A stretch of DNA of 64,000 bases from Kofleriaceae bacterium (GCA_965215005.1 CBDCCZ010000018.1:32001-96000); one strand, 5' to 3'. Numbered from the stretch's first letter, positions 36,317 to 46,718 are shown. The notes: a model not told the origin generated them from the letters alone. Translations and numbers: made by a program.

Positions 36317-37839
36317 TTAACGGAACTGCCGCCCGAGCAACGCTTTCATCGTCCGCAACAGCACGCGGAATTTGCGGTCGGAGTACGGGTACCACCAAAG
36401 CTCTTTCTTCGGTGCGAGCCGGTCGTAATTGACGTGGCGAACTTGGCAGAGGTCTCGCAACCCAATGATGGAGTGGGTGCGACCCACGCCGCTCATCTTG
36501 AGCCCACCCCACGGCGTTTCGGGGCACGCGAAGGTGTTGAGGACATCGTTGACCATTACGGTGCCGACCTCGAGCCGCTCTGCGAGCCGCTTGCCGCGTC
36601 GGCGATCTTTGGTGAACACGTAGCCAAGCAACCCCAGATGCGAATCATTGGCCAGCTCGATGGCTTCCGCCTCCGAGCCCACCTTCATTATCGGTATCAC
36701 CGGCCCGAAGATCTCCTTCTTCATCACCTCCATCGACGGCTCGCAGTCAGTGAGCACCGTGGGTGGATAGAAGAGGCCCGGTCCGCTCGCACGCTCACCG
36801 CCGGTGCGAATGCGCGCGCCGGCAGCGACGGCGCTACGCACCAACCGTTCGACCTCATCGAGCTGCCGATCCCAGGTAATGGCTCCCACGTCGACCTCGG
36901 CGGCCCCCGCATCCCCTTGCCGCAGTGACTGCGTGAGAGCGACGATGCGCTCGACCAGCTCGTCGTGCACGGCGTGGTGCGCATAGACCCGCTCCACCGA
37001 CGCGCACACCTGGCCAGCGTTGGCGAATCCGCCCCAGACGATGGCGCTCGCGGTGCGCTCGAGATCGGCATCGGCACAGACGATGGCTGGCGCCTTGCCG
37101 CCGAGCTCGAGCGTGCACGGAATCAGCCGTTGTCCGCACGCCGCGCCAACCTTTTGGCCCGTGGCCACCGAACCGGTGAACACGCAGTAGTCGATCCCTG
37201 CATCGATGAGCGCGGCGCCGGCAGGACCGCGTCCGGTGACCACTTGCAGAAGGTCCGCCGGCAGCCCGCAGTCATCGAAGAGCTTCTTGCCGAGAAGCGC
37301 GATGAGCGGCGTCACCTCGGAGGGCTTGAGCACCACGCCGTTGCCCGCCAAAACCGCCATCATGACCTCGCCCATCGGGATCGAAAACGGGAAGTTCCAC
37401 GGCGAGATCACGCCGACCACGCCGCGCGGCGCGTAGTGGATGTAGCTGCGGCGGTGACGCAAAAGATGCAAGTCGATGCGCTCGGGCGCGAGCATCCGCG
37501 GCGCCTGCTTGCTGAAGTAGTTGACCAAATCGGCGACCACCGCCACTTCGGTGCCAAGCGCTTCCCGAGGGCGTCTTGCCGGCTTCTTTGACGAGCAGCT
37601 CGATGACTTCATCGGCGCGCGCCATGAGCACTTTGCTGAATCGCCGCACCTGCCGACACCGGTCTTCGAGCGCGACCTCGCCCCACTCGAGCTGCGCCGC
37701 GCGCGCCCGCCGGACCGCCCTCGCGCACCTCGTCTTCAGTTGCATCTGGCACATCGCCGAGCGGCACGCCGGTGGCTGGATTGACGCTAACGATTCGATC
37801 TCGTTTGCTGGCTCGCGCCGCGGCATTCATCGCGCCCAT
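36317..37839 (-). CDS. Aldehyde dehydrogenase (two apparent +1 indels at about 37719 and 37570)
   Basis: SVNPATG, ISPWNFP, KPSE, FTGS, LELGGK, NAGQVCAS and EIFGPV, spread over three frames. Confidence 0.88.
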
Positions 37840-37930
37840 GGCCGCGACGGTAGCTGCAGCCACTGCCAACGGTCAACGCGGGCTTCCTGCTCAACGACTG
37901 CGCCTCGCGGGTCGAGCGCCCGACGAACCG

Positions 37931-38218
37931 TCAATACGGGTGATGATGCCCGTCGGGGCCCGAGAGGTGCGGGTGCGGGTGCGGGTGGTGGTGATGGCCG
38001 CTGGTGCCATGCGGATGCGCGTGCTCGTGCTCGTGCGGCTCATGGCCAGGTTTTCGGCTCGCGCGCGCAGGCCGCGATTTGCGCGCTTTGCCGGCGGAGG
38101 GCTCGACGCGCCACTTGCGCGCTCGCGGCCGTTTCCCCAAATCGCCGCACGCCCAAAGCCCCACCGCCATCAGGACGACGATGAGCCAAACCAGCCGCCC
38201 ACCGCGCGCTCGGGTCAC
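37931..38218 (-). CDS. Small His-rich lipoprotein
   Basis: GTGA overlap with the upstream stop; lipobox LWAC; C-terminus HEPHEHEHAHPHGTSGHHHHPHPHPHLSGPDGHHHPY. Confidence 0.7.
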   Translation of the reverse strand: MTRARGGRLVWLIVVLMAVGLWACGDLGKRPRARKWRVEPSAGKARKSRPARASRKPGHEPHEHEHAHPHGTSGHHHHPHPHPHLSGPDGHHHPY

Positions 38219-39862
38219 GGACGCTTCTTCTTCTGCGCCATCTTGCGCTTGAGCGCCTCGAGCTCGTCGTCCACCGTATTCTCCGGTTTGGGCGGCTTTG
38301 CCGAGGCACGCGGCGCCTCGCCTTGCCGCCGTTTCAAATCGGCAAGCATGTCGTCGATAGACGCTTTGGGCGGCGCGGATGGCGGCGGTGGACGGCGCGC
38401 AGCGGCGCCGCGCGGCGCCGCTGCGACACGACGCGCGGCGGTCTCGAGCCGCTGCATCTCGCCTTCTAGCTCGGCCATCTCGCGCAAGGCCGCGTGCATG
38501 CGGGTTCGGGCTTCGTCGGCGCGGCGCTGCGCGGCCTGAGCTGCCTCTTCACGGCCATGCCCGCGCTCGCTCGCGGCTTCGCGATCGGCGGCATCGGCGG
38601 CTTGCCGAGCGCGTGTCATCGCCTGGCCAGCGGCGGCGAGTCGGGTTTTGACCTCGCTGCGCAGGCGCGCCAGCTCCGCGGCATCGGGAATCGATTGCGC
38701 CGGCGGCGGGCTGCCACCGAGATCCTCTAGCTCGCCCGGCATTGCCGAGGTTCGCGCCGCCGCCTCCGCGGCGTCTGCCGCCGCATGCACCCTCTCGCGC
38801 GTTTGCGAGCCGTGCACGCGCCGCCGCTGCTCGAGGATCGCCAGGCGCTCACGACCGACGATCCACGCGATGTCCGCGGCCGTGCGCGCGCCGTCGAGAC
38901 CGACCCGCCGATCGGCCACCTCGGGTTGTTTTAGCAGTGGCTCGAGCGCAGAGGAAAGCAGCAGCGCATTATCGGCAGTGGCGCCGCGCTGCCGCTCGAG
39001 GAGTGCCTTGGCGGCGGCTTCTTCGTCCGGCCCTTCCGGCAAAAACGAAACGACTCGCGCACCAACCATCAGCGCACGCTGCACCGCCGCCTCGCGCGGA
39101 CGGGCGATCACGACCTCCGCAGCGCGCCACAACGCCGGCGTGTCGGCGGTGGCACCAAACAACTTGGCGCGCAGCTCGAGCGTCGGCACCTGCCGCCGCA
39201 GCGCGGTGGCGGCCTCGGCGTCGGTTCCCGCATCGAAGAGATACGTGACCGCCCCGCCTCCCAACAGCGACAGCTGAAGCGCGATCTGCTGCGCGCGATC
39301 ATAGCCAAAGCCGGCGACCTCGACGACGACCACCGCGCCCGCGGCAATTTGAAAGCGCGTCCGCAGCTCCGCCCGCGCAGTAGCCGCCGCACGGGCAAAG
39401 GCGTGCTCGCAAAATGGGCCGACCGGCAGGATGCGCTCGCCCTGCGACGCCGAGCTCGCTCAGCGCGACCGCTGCCTCATCATCGACAGTGAGGTAGCGA
39501 TCGCAGTCGGTGGCGCCCCATTCTCTCGACGGCGCGAGCTCGGTCGCAATGCCGATCACCGGCGCTGGATGACGCGACTGATCGCGCGCCACCGACAGCG
39601 CAGCCGCCGTGCCCGGATCGAAGCACACGCACACCTGGGGCGGGTTGAGCTCGATCTCGCGCGCCAGTCGCCGCTCGGCGAGCTCGCCCACAATCGCGTG
39701 GAACATGCGCTCCACCGCGCCCTCGTGGCGCGCGCCGATGCGGCCCGAGTCGATCGCGCGCACACGACAACCCGCCGCTTCGAGCGCCGCCAACACCGGC
39801 GTGACCGCCACCTCCGAGGCCCCCGGACTGGTCACCAAAAGCACCCGTGGCTCGTCGCTCAA
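38215..39862 (-). CDS. MGDG-synthase/UgtP-like glycosyltransferase-fold protein with PspA-like coiled-coil tail (one apparent +1 indel at about 39441)
   Basis: Joined frame reads DRYLTVDDEAAVALSELGVAGERILPVGP..AAEVVIARP..; tail ends DDELEALKRKMAQKKKRP. Confidence 0.65.
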
Positions 39863-40813
39863 GAAACCACCTCGGGGTTAACGACGTGGCTGGGCCGACG
39901 CCCCGCAAGCACTGCACTTACCGCCTCTGCACACATCTCGGCCATTCGTCTTCTGGCGGTAGTGGTAGCCGATCCAATGTGCGGCGCCAAGATCACCCGG
40001 CGATTGCCGAGTAGCGCCGGCTGCACCCGCGGCTCATCGGCAAAAACATCGAGTCCCGCGCCGGCGAGCGCGCCAGCCTCGAGCGCCGCCGCCAGCGCCG
40101 CTTCATCGACGCAGCGGCCGCGGGCGGTGTTAATGAGGATCGCGGTCGGCTTCATGGCGGCCAGCGCGGCAGCGTCGATTAGGCCTTCCGTGTCACTATT
40201 GAGCGGGCAGTGCAAGCTCACGAAGTCTGCTTCGCGCAGCAGCGCCGACAGCGGCACGGCAACCGCGCCGCGCGCAACCTCAGCGGGTGCCGGCGACGGC
40301 GCCGCATATAGCACCCGCATCGCAAAGCCCTCGGCGCGCCGCGCCACCGCCTGACCAATGCGCCCGAAGCCGACGATCCGAGCGTCCGCCGCGCGACGTC
40401 GACGCCAAGCAGCTGATCTGGCGCCCAGCCGTGCCAGCCGCCGCTGCGCACCAGCGCGTCGCCTTCGACGAGCCGCCGCGCGGCCGCGAGCAGCAGCGCG
40501 AACGTCAAATCCGCGGTCGCATCGGTCAGCACGTCGGGCGTGTTGGTGACGATGATCCCGCGCCGAGTCGCGGCAGCCACATCGATGTTGTCGTAGCCGA
40601 CCGCGTAGTTCGCGACGACCCGTAACCGCGGGGCGGCCGCGAGAAGCTCGTCGTCGACGCGATCGCTAACCAAGGTGATCAACGCGTCGGCCGCGCCCAC
40701 CGAAGCCACCAGCTGGTCGCGCTCGAGTCGTCCGCTCGCGGGCACCCGCAGCTCGACCTCGCCGAGCAGCGCCGCCAAGTCGATCGTAACGCGGCGGAGG
40801 AAACCACGAGCAT
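39859..40813 (-). CDS. D-2-hydroxyacid dehydrogenase, glyoxylate reductase-like (two apparent -1 indels at about 40789 and 40378)
   Basis: VANYAVGYDNID, TNTPDVLT, corrected LGIVGFGRIG, INTARG, GLDVFADEP, PHIGSAT. Confidence 0.88.
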
Positions 40814-40938
40814 GACCGGCGCAGGGTAGCACGCAGGTTCGCGTGCTTGCGTCACCGCGCCGACCTTGACTCGCTCGACGGCGACAGTAAGCAATGCCGC
40901 TGATTCACCAGACGTCGTTCTTCGCCACATCGTCCGAA

Positions 40939-40968
40939 TTGACAGAGCAGTCTGACCTCTTCTAGCGT
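40939..40968 (+). promoter_or_regulatory. Candidate sigma70 promoter of the AAA-TPR gene
   Basis: TTGACA-18-TAGCGT. Confidence 0.5.
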
Positions 40969-41023
40969 GCGTCCGCGAGGTGGTGGCGCGGGCGCCGCCG
41001 ATCGGCCGCGGGACGCGGGTGGG

Positions 41024-43894
41024 ATGGCGATGGAAAAAATTGATGCGAAGGAGCTCGAGGGCGGTTGGCAACCCGGCGCAGGTTTGATGCAGCGCGACCG
41101 CAGCGATGGCGCGTGGCCGGATACCGGCGACAAGCGAGCACCCTACTTCGACCTCGACGAGTCGTTTCACGACGATGCGACGGTGGTGCAAGCGGTGCCG
41201 TACCCATTGCACGCGCCGCTGATCGGCCGCAGCGCGGTGTTCGAACGCCTGCAACGAGGATGGGACGACGTGCGGGCGTCGCGCCAGCCGGCGTTCTTCC
41301 TGCTGCTCGGCGAGGCAGGAATGGGCAAGCGCCGCATCCTCGAAGAGCTTACCAGCAGCGTTACGACCGCCGTGCCCCAGGCGCGCCTGTTGGTCATCGC
41401 CGGCGAAGGTCGTGAATCACTCGAAGCGCCGCCGTCGCCGGGGGAGACATCGGAAGCCAGGCTCGAGCAGCGTCATGACCTTCGCGGCGGTGTATCGGTG
41501 GCCACCGCCGAAACCGATCACGCTCCACTCGCGGCGATTGCCCGGCTGCTCGCGGGGCTGCTCGAGCTCGACGCCGAGGACGATGCTGGTGTCATGCAGG
41601 CCAAGATTCTGGCCTCGGTGAGCGCTCGCCTTCCCGCGCCACAGGTCCGGCAGGTGGCGCATCTTCTGAGCCATCTGTTGCGGGTGCCACTGCCTGCGGG
41701 CGCCGCCGAGGAGATCTCGGAGTCGCCACAGCGACTGGCGAGTCGCACCTTTCTAGCGGTACGCAATCTGATTGCGGCCGAAGCCGCGAGCCGGCCGCTG
41801 CTGGTGTGTCTCGAGCACCTCGAGCGAGCCAGCGCACACCTCGTCAACCTACTGCTCTACCTCGCTGCGGGTCTTTCTGGCAGTCCGGTGCTCCTTTTGG
41901 CAACGGCGCAGCCGTGCGTCCTCGAGCGTCACCCGAGCTTGCGCAACGCGGACGTTCAGCGGCTCGAGCTGCTTCCTTTGCAAGACGCCGACGCAGAGAC
42001 GCTGCTGCGCGAGCTGTGCCGTCCGCTCGGGCAGGTGCCGTCGCGGCTGGTCGCGCACGCTCGCAAGCTCGGTGGCGCGCCGCGCGCGTTGGTCGAGCTG
42101 ATGCATCTGCTCTTGGAAACCGACGTCATCGTCCGCAGCGGCCCGGTGAGCTGGCGTCTCGACTCGCTCGCGCTGGCGCGCACCCAGTTTCCAAGTGACT
42201 ACGATGAGCTGGTGGCGGCACGGCTGGCGGCCATGGAACCGGCGCCGCGTCGAGTGCTCGAGTACGCCGCAGTTCTCGGCGAAGGCGTTGCGCTCGACGC
42301 CGTGCTCGCCCTCGAGCGCGGCAGCGATGCAGCGAGCGACCCCGATGGTCCACCGCTGCCGCACATCACGGGTCGCGACGAAGCGCGCTTGGCGGTCGAA
42401 GCGGCGCTCACGCACCTCGAGCTCGGCGGATGGCTAGCGCCTGGCGATGGCGCGCGCTGCTATCGGTTCGTCGACAGCGCCCTGGTGGAGCGCATCGCGG
42501 CGCGCCTTCCCGAGCAGCGAGCGCGCCGTCTGCACCGCATTGCCGCCCAGTGGCTCGAGCTTCGACCTTCCGGCCGCGGCCGCCTCGATCAGCAGCGGAT
42601 CGCCCATCATCTCGAGCGCGCTGGCGATCTCGCTGGTGCCGCTGCTCGGTATCGCCGAGCCGCTCACGCGGCGCGTGCGGCGTACTCGAGCGCGGAGGCC
42701 ATCGATCTATATCAGCGAGCGTTTGCGTGTCTGGATCGCGACGAGGTCGTCCTGCGCCTCCACCTCTGGCATGACCTCGGCACGGTCTATGAGCGCACCG
42801 GCGACTTCCAAGCGGCGCGGGCCGCCTACGAGCGCATGTTGCGGCTGTCGTGGCGGATCGCGGCGCGCGCCAAAGCCGCCGTAGCCTGCAACAAGATCGG
42901 TCGGGTGTGGCGTCGGCAAGGCGCGCTGCGTCTGGCACTCGAGTACCTCGAGCGCGCAGCGGCGCTATTCGAGCAGGCCCGCGATGAGCGCGGCATCACC
43001 GGCTCACTCGACGACATCGGACACACGCTCTACCTGCTCGGCCGCTATGATGAAGCCGAGGCCAGAATTTCAGCCGCACTGGCGCGGCGCGGGCGCGACG
43101 GCGATGCGCGCAGCTTGGCAGCGTCGCTGTCCAATCTGGGCAACCTTCAGACCTCGCGTGGGCGCTATCTTGAGGCCCATCGCAGCCATCAAGAAGCGCT
43201 CGCACTGTGGCGCGCCGCCGGCGATCGCTCCGGCATCATCCTGTCGCAAAGCAACTTGGCGTGGCTTGCCCATCATCGCGGCGAGCTCGACGCCGCGCGG
43301 CGCGGCTGGCGACGGGCGGTCGCCGACGCCGTCGCCATCGGCGCCACACCGCTGCAGGCGCTCGCGCTGGCGCATTTGGGCGAGCTGGCCGTGACGGTGG
43401 GGCACCCTGATGAAGCCAGGAGCTTGCTCGAAGAGGCGCTCGAGCTCGCCCACGATCTCGACGACCGCCGACTCACCGCGATGATCACTGGCAACCTGGC
43501 GTTGGTCGAGAACGCGGCAGGCAATCTCGCTGCCGCCGAGCGACTAGCGCGCCAGGCCCATGCAGTGGCGGCGGCCGCGGAGCTGCGCGAAGCCGAGGGT
43601 CGAGCGCTCATCACGCTTGGCGAGGTCCTCTCGGCCAGCCTGTTCGACGCCGAACACGCTGCCGCGCCCGATACCGAGCGCGCCGCAGCGAGCTTCGACG
43701 CGGGCCTGGCGGTGCTGCGCCAGCTCGGCAACCCGTCCGAGCTCGGCCGCGGCCTCGAGCGCTATGGCCGCTTCCTGGCCGAGCGCGGCGATATCGGCGC
43801 CGCCAAGGACCTCCTGCGCGAGGCACTCCTTTTGTACACCAAGCTCGGTACCGGCCGGGCGCAAGAGGTAGAGCGACTGCTTCAGGCAGTGTAG
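41024..43894 (+). CDS. STAND-like AAA ATPase + TPR superstructure protein
   Basis: PLIGR, LLGEAGMGK, PLLVCLEHL, GGAP, then a long TPR array; start set at ATG 41024. Confidence 0.8.
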   Translation: MAMEKIDAKELEGGWQPGAGLMQRDRSDGAWPDTGDKRAPYFDLDESFHDDATVVQAVPYPLHAPLIGRSAVFERLQRGWDDVRASRQPAFFLLLGEAGMGKRRILEELTSSVTTAVPQARLLVIAGEGRESLEAPPSPGETSEARLEQRHDLRGGVSVATAETDHAPLAAIARLLAGLLELDAEDDAGVMQAKILASVSARLPAPQVRQVAHLLSHLLRVPLPAGAAEEISESPQRLASRTFLAVRNLIAAEAASRPLLVCLEHLERASAHLVNLLLYLAAGLSGSPVLLLATAQPCVLERHPSLRNADVQRLELLPLQDADAETLLRELCRPLGQVPSRLVAHARKLGGAPRALVELMHLLLETDVIVRSGPVSWRLDSLALARTQFPSDYDELVAARLAAMEPAPRRVLEYAAVLGEGVALDAVLALERGSDAASDPDGPPLPHITGRDEARLAVEAALTHLELGGWLAPGDGARCYRFVDSALVERIAARLPEQRARRLHRIAAQWLELRPSGRGRLDQQRIAHHLERAGDLAGAAARYRRAAHAARAAYSSAEAIDLYQRAFACLDRDEVVLRLHLWHDLGTVYERTGDFQAARAAYERMLRLSWRIAARAKAAVACNKIGRVWRRQGALRLALEYLERAAALFEQARDERGITGSLDDIGHTLYLLGRYDEAEARISAALARRGRDGDARSLAASLSNLGNLQTSRGRYLEAHRSHQEALALWRAAGDRSGIILSQSNLAWLAHHRGELDAARRGWRRAVADAVAIGATPLQALALAHLGELAVTVGHPDEARSLLEEALELAHDLDDRRLTAMITGNLALVENAAGNLAAAERLARQAHAVAAAAELREAEGRALITLGEVLSASLFDAEHAAAPDTERAAASFDAGLAVLRQLGNPSELGRGLERYGRFLAERGDIGAAKDLLREALLLYTKLGTGRAQEVERLLQAV

Positions 43895-43923
43895 GCTCGG
43901 CGCAACCACGAAAGGCGATTGTG

Positions 43924-44427
43924 ATGAAACCACTCGTTTGCTTCGTACTCTTGGCCCTCACCAGCATTGGCTGCGGCGGCGATGACTCGCTCAGCGACAA
44001 GCTCGACGATCAGCAGGCGGTTGCGCGTGAGTTGGCCGAGAAGCTCTGCAACTGCCTGCCCGGCGAAGTTGCTCAGACCTGCATCGACAGCTTCGATGAG
44101 CTGTATACACCTGCCGAGCGTTCGTGCCTTCTCGAGGTGCTCGAGATGGACGAAGAAGCCAGCCGCGCCTCGCTCGACTGCATCCAGAATCTCTCGAACA
44201 ACTACTTGGACTGTCTCGACGAGGAGTTCGACTGCGACCTAACCGGGGAGACGCTCTCCTGCGCTCCCGACGACGATGACTGGAAGGACTGCGAGCTACC
44301 TCCCGACATGGAAGCTGCGGCCGACGCGTGTACCGGGGACGACGAGAATGATGATGATGACGATGGCAGCTTCGCCGCTCGCGCGCTCTCGACTCTGACC
44401 CGCATCCGGCTCCTGCCGCTGCGCTAA
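43924..44427 (+). CDS. Acidic Cys-rich lipoprotein
   Basis: Lipobox SIGC-GGDD; many Cys and Asp/Glu residues. Confidence 0.75.
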   Translation: MKPLVCFVLLALTSIGCGGDDSLSDKLDDQQAVARELAEKLCNCLPGEVAQTCIDSFDELYTPAERSCLLEVLEMDEEASRASLDCIQNLSNNYLDCLDEEFDCDLTGETLSCAPDDDDWKDCELPPDMEAAADACTGDDENDDDDDGSFAARALSTLTRIRLLPLR

Positions 44428-44438
44428 CGTCGGCGCCC

Positions 44439-44789
44439 ATGCCCTGCCCTCTCGCCCGCCTCGTCGCCGCCGGTATGCTGCTCGCAGCGTGCAAAACCAC
44501 GCCGCCGCCAGCCGATGAGCCCGCCGCCAGCTACGCGGTGCGCGGGACCATCGAGGGCCTGCCGCAAACCACCGGCGACTCCGTGTACATCCATCACGAG
44601 GCCATTCCCACGTTTGTCGACAAGCAAGGCGTGGTCGTGGGAATGCCGGCGATGACGATGCCCTTTGGCGTCGCCGACACCGTCGAGCTAGGCGGGTTCA
44701 CCGTGGGCCAAAACGTCGAGTTTCGCTTTGACGTCTATTGGGATCGCAGCCCGCCCACCGTCATTCGCGCGCTAACGCCGGCGCCCTGA
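44439..44789 (+). CDS. CusF-like copper-binding lipoprotein
   Basis: Lipobox LAAC; IHHEAIP...GMPAMTMPF, VGQNVEFRF. Confidence 0.8.
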   Translation: MPCPLARLVAAGMLLAACKTTPPPADEPAASYAVRGTIEGLPQTTGDSVYIHHEAIPTFVDKQGVVVGMPAMTMPFGVADTVELGGFTVGQNVEFRFDVYWDRSPPTVIRALTPAP

Positions 44790-44834
44790 GGGGGCCGCCG
44801 GCGCTCCTGTGAGGGCGCGCAACGCCCACCTGAC

Positions 44835-46223
44835 CTACTTCTGCTTCTGCCGCTGCTGGAAGGAATAGGGCCGATAGCTCGGACCCTTGTTGCGCGCATC
44901 GTCGCTGGCGCTGCCGTTGCCGTCGCCCGCGATGAGCTCTTCTGGCGGCTGCTCGTGGCCCTCGCGAAACTTGATGTTGTCGAGCGGGTTCTCCGCCACC
45001 AACACCTGGGTTTGCTGATCGAGAACGTCTGCCAGACCCTCGAGCTTATCGATGTCATCGAGGATGTCATCGACGGTGTTGTAGCGCTCGCCGCGTGAGT
45101 CGCGGGTCATGCGATCGAAGATGTCGTCGATTCCCTTGGGCAGCCGGGCGTTGACCTGCGACGGCATTGGCGAGCGCCGGCCGGGCAACTTGCGCGTGAG
45201 GAGCTCGTAAAAGATGATCCCGAGCGCGTAGATGTCCGCCTGCGGGCCCGCGCTGCCCGGATCATTGTAGAGCTCGGGCGCCATGTACGCGATGTTGCCC
45301 ATGCCCACGTAGACCTGGCGAATCACCGCGGTGTCGCGCTCGACGATGCGACCAAAGCCAAAGTCGGTGACCTTGACGTTGCCGTACGCGTCGATGAGGA
45401 GCTGCTCGGGCTTGAGCCCGCGGTGGTAGACCCGCTTGGCATGCGCCGCGCGCAGCGCGTGCAGCGTTTGCAGCAGGTACTTCATCGCCAGGTCGACGGG
45501 GATCTCTTCGGCGTCGTTGATCAGTCGCCGCGCTGAGCCATTGGGCGCCAGCTCGTTGACCACATACGGGAAGTCACGCTCGAGGTTGACGTCGTGAATG
45601 GGCAGGATGTTGGGGTGCGCGAGGTTGGCGGCGGCGCGAATCACATCGGTGAAACGGCGGATGATTTCGCCGCGTTGATCTTCGCTGAAGAACCCAAACA
45701 GGTCGCGAATCTCCTTGAGCGCAACCTCACGGTTGAGCGGCACCTGGCGGGCCCGGAACACGGTTCCAATGCCACCCGTGCCGATGCTGGCCAGCTTTTC
45801 GTAGCGACTATCGACGATCTCGCTCGAGGTCTGAATCTCGCCGCCCACGGTTGCCGTCGGTCTTCCGCCTGAGGTGTGAATCTTAGACACCCGGCTCTCC
45901 TCTTTACGACGGCGTACGCGAGCATTCTTGAAGTGCGACACGGCGCGCTCCGTGAGCTCAGTCAAGTTGCCGCCGTTGACAATGCCTTCGCCGTCAGGAG
46001 TGATCTCCAGTGACTCGCTCACCGGATCCTGTCGGAGGTAACCGGCTTTCTCCAAGAAGCCGATGTACTCGGGGAATGGGATGGACACCGCGCCTTCGCA
46101 AACGCGACGAATATCCTCGTAACGGTTCTGCCGTCCATAGCGGGCTTCCGCCATGACGTTGGCGAGGATGAAACGGGACTCCTCGCAGAGAACCTCTTTA
46201 GTGACCTTGGTTCTCCCCTCCAT
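44835..46223 (-). CDS. Ser/Thr kinase-fold protein (probable pseudokinase) with N-terminal winged-helix-like domain
   Basis: GTGGIG, VALKE, HPNI, DFG, YMAPE and DIYALG are present, but the catalytic loop reads HRGLKPEQ. Confidence 0.85.
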   Translation of the reverse strand: MEGRTKVTKEVLCEESRFILANVMAEARYGRQNRYEDIRRVCEGAVSIPFPEYIGFLEKAGYLRQDPVSESLEITPDGEGIVNGGNLTELTERAVSHFKNARVRRRKEESRVSKIHTSGGRPTATVGGEIQTSSEIVDSRYEKLASIGTGGIGTVFRARQVPLNREVALKEIRDLFGFFSEDQRGEIIRRFTDVIRAAANLAHPNILPIHDVNLERDFPYVVNELAPNGSARRLINDAEEIPVDLAMKYLLQTLHALRAAHAKRVYHRGLKPEQLLIDAYGNVKVTDFGFGRIVERDTAVIRQVYVGMGNIAYMAPELYNDPGSAGPQADIYALGIIFYELLTRKLPGRRSPMPSQVNARLPKGIDDIFDRMTRDSRGERYNTVDDILDDIDKLEGLADVLDQQTQVLVAENPLDNIKFREGHEQPPEELIAGDGNGSASDDARNKGPSYRPYSFQQRQKQK

Positions 46224-46233
46224 GCGTTTGAAA

Positions 46234-46263
46234 AGTGTACGAGGTGCGCGATCCGGTGGTCAA
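46234..46263 (-). promoter_or_regulatory. Sigma70 promoter of the pseudokinase
   Basis: Minus strand TTGACC-18-TACACT, 10 nt before the ATG. Confidence 0.6.
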
Positions 46264-46286
46264 ACGTCGCGCACCGCAATCGCGCA

Positions 46287-46718
46287 TCAGCACCAACGCG
46301 GCAGCCCCTCACGGGCCAATCGCTCCACGAATCCGCGGTCCGCGGCGACGATATTGAGCTCGGCAAGGCCTTCCGGAGCACACCACGCGATGTCGGCAAC
46401 CGCCACACATCGCGGCACGCCGCGAGCGATGCGACACCGGTACACCAGCATCAGCAAGTCGAATTCCGGGTACGGATGGAACAGGACTTCCCAAATCCTG
46501 CCAACTGCCACCTCGATACCGAGCTCCTCCTCGAGCTCGCGTACCAACGCGACTTGCGGGCCTTCGCCTGGTTCTACCTTGCCCCCGGGAAGCTCCCACT
46601 GCAGCGGCAACGACTGATCGGCGCGCCGTTGGCTCAATAGGGTGCGTCCGTCCTCCCCCAAAATCAGCCCTGCCACCACCAGCGTTCGTCTTCGCGCATG
46701 GTTCTCCCTTTGTGACAT
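46287..46718 (-). CDS. NUDIX hydrolase, MutT/NudG-like
   Basis: WELPGGKVEPGEGPQVALVRELEEELGI Nudix box. Confidence 0.9.
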   Translation of the reverse strand: MSQRENHARRRTLVVAGLILGEDGRTLLSQRRADQSLPLQWELPGGKVEPGEGPQVALVRELEEELGIEVAVGRIWEVLFHPYPEFDLLMLVYRCRIARGVPRCVAVADIAWCAPEGLAELNIVAADRGFVERLAREGLPRWC

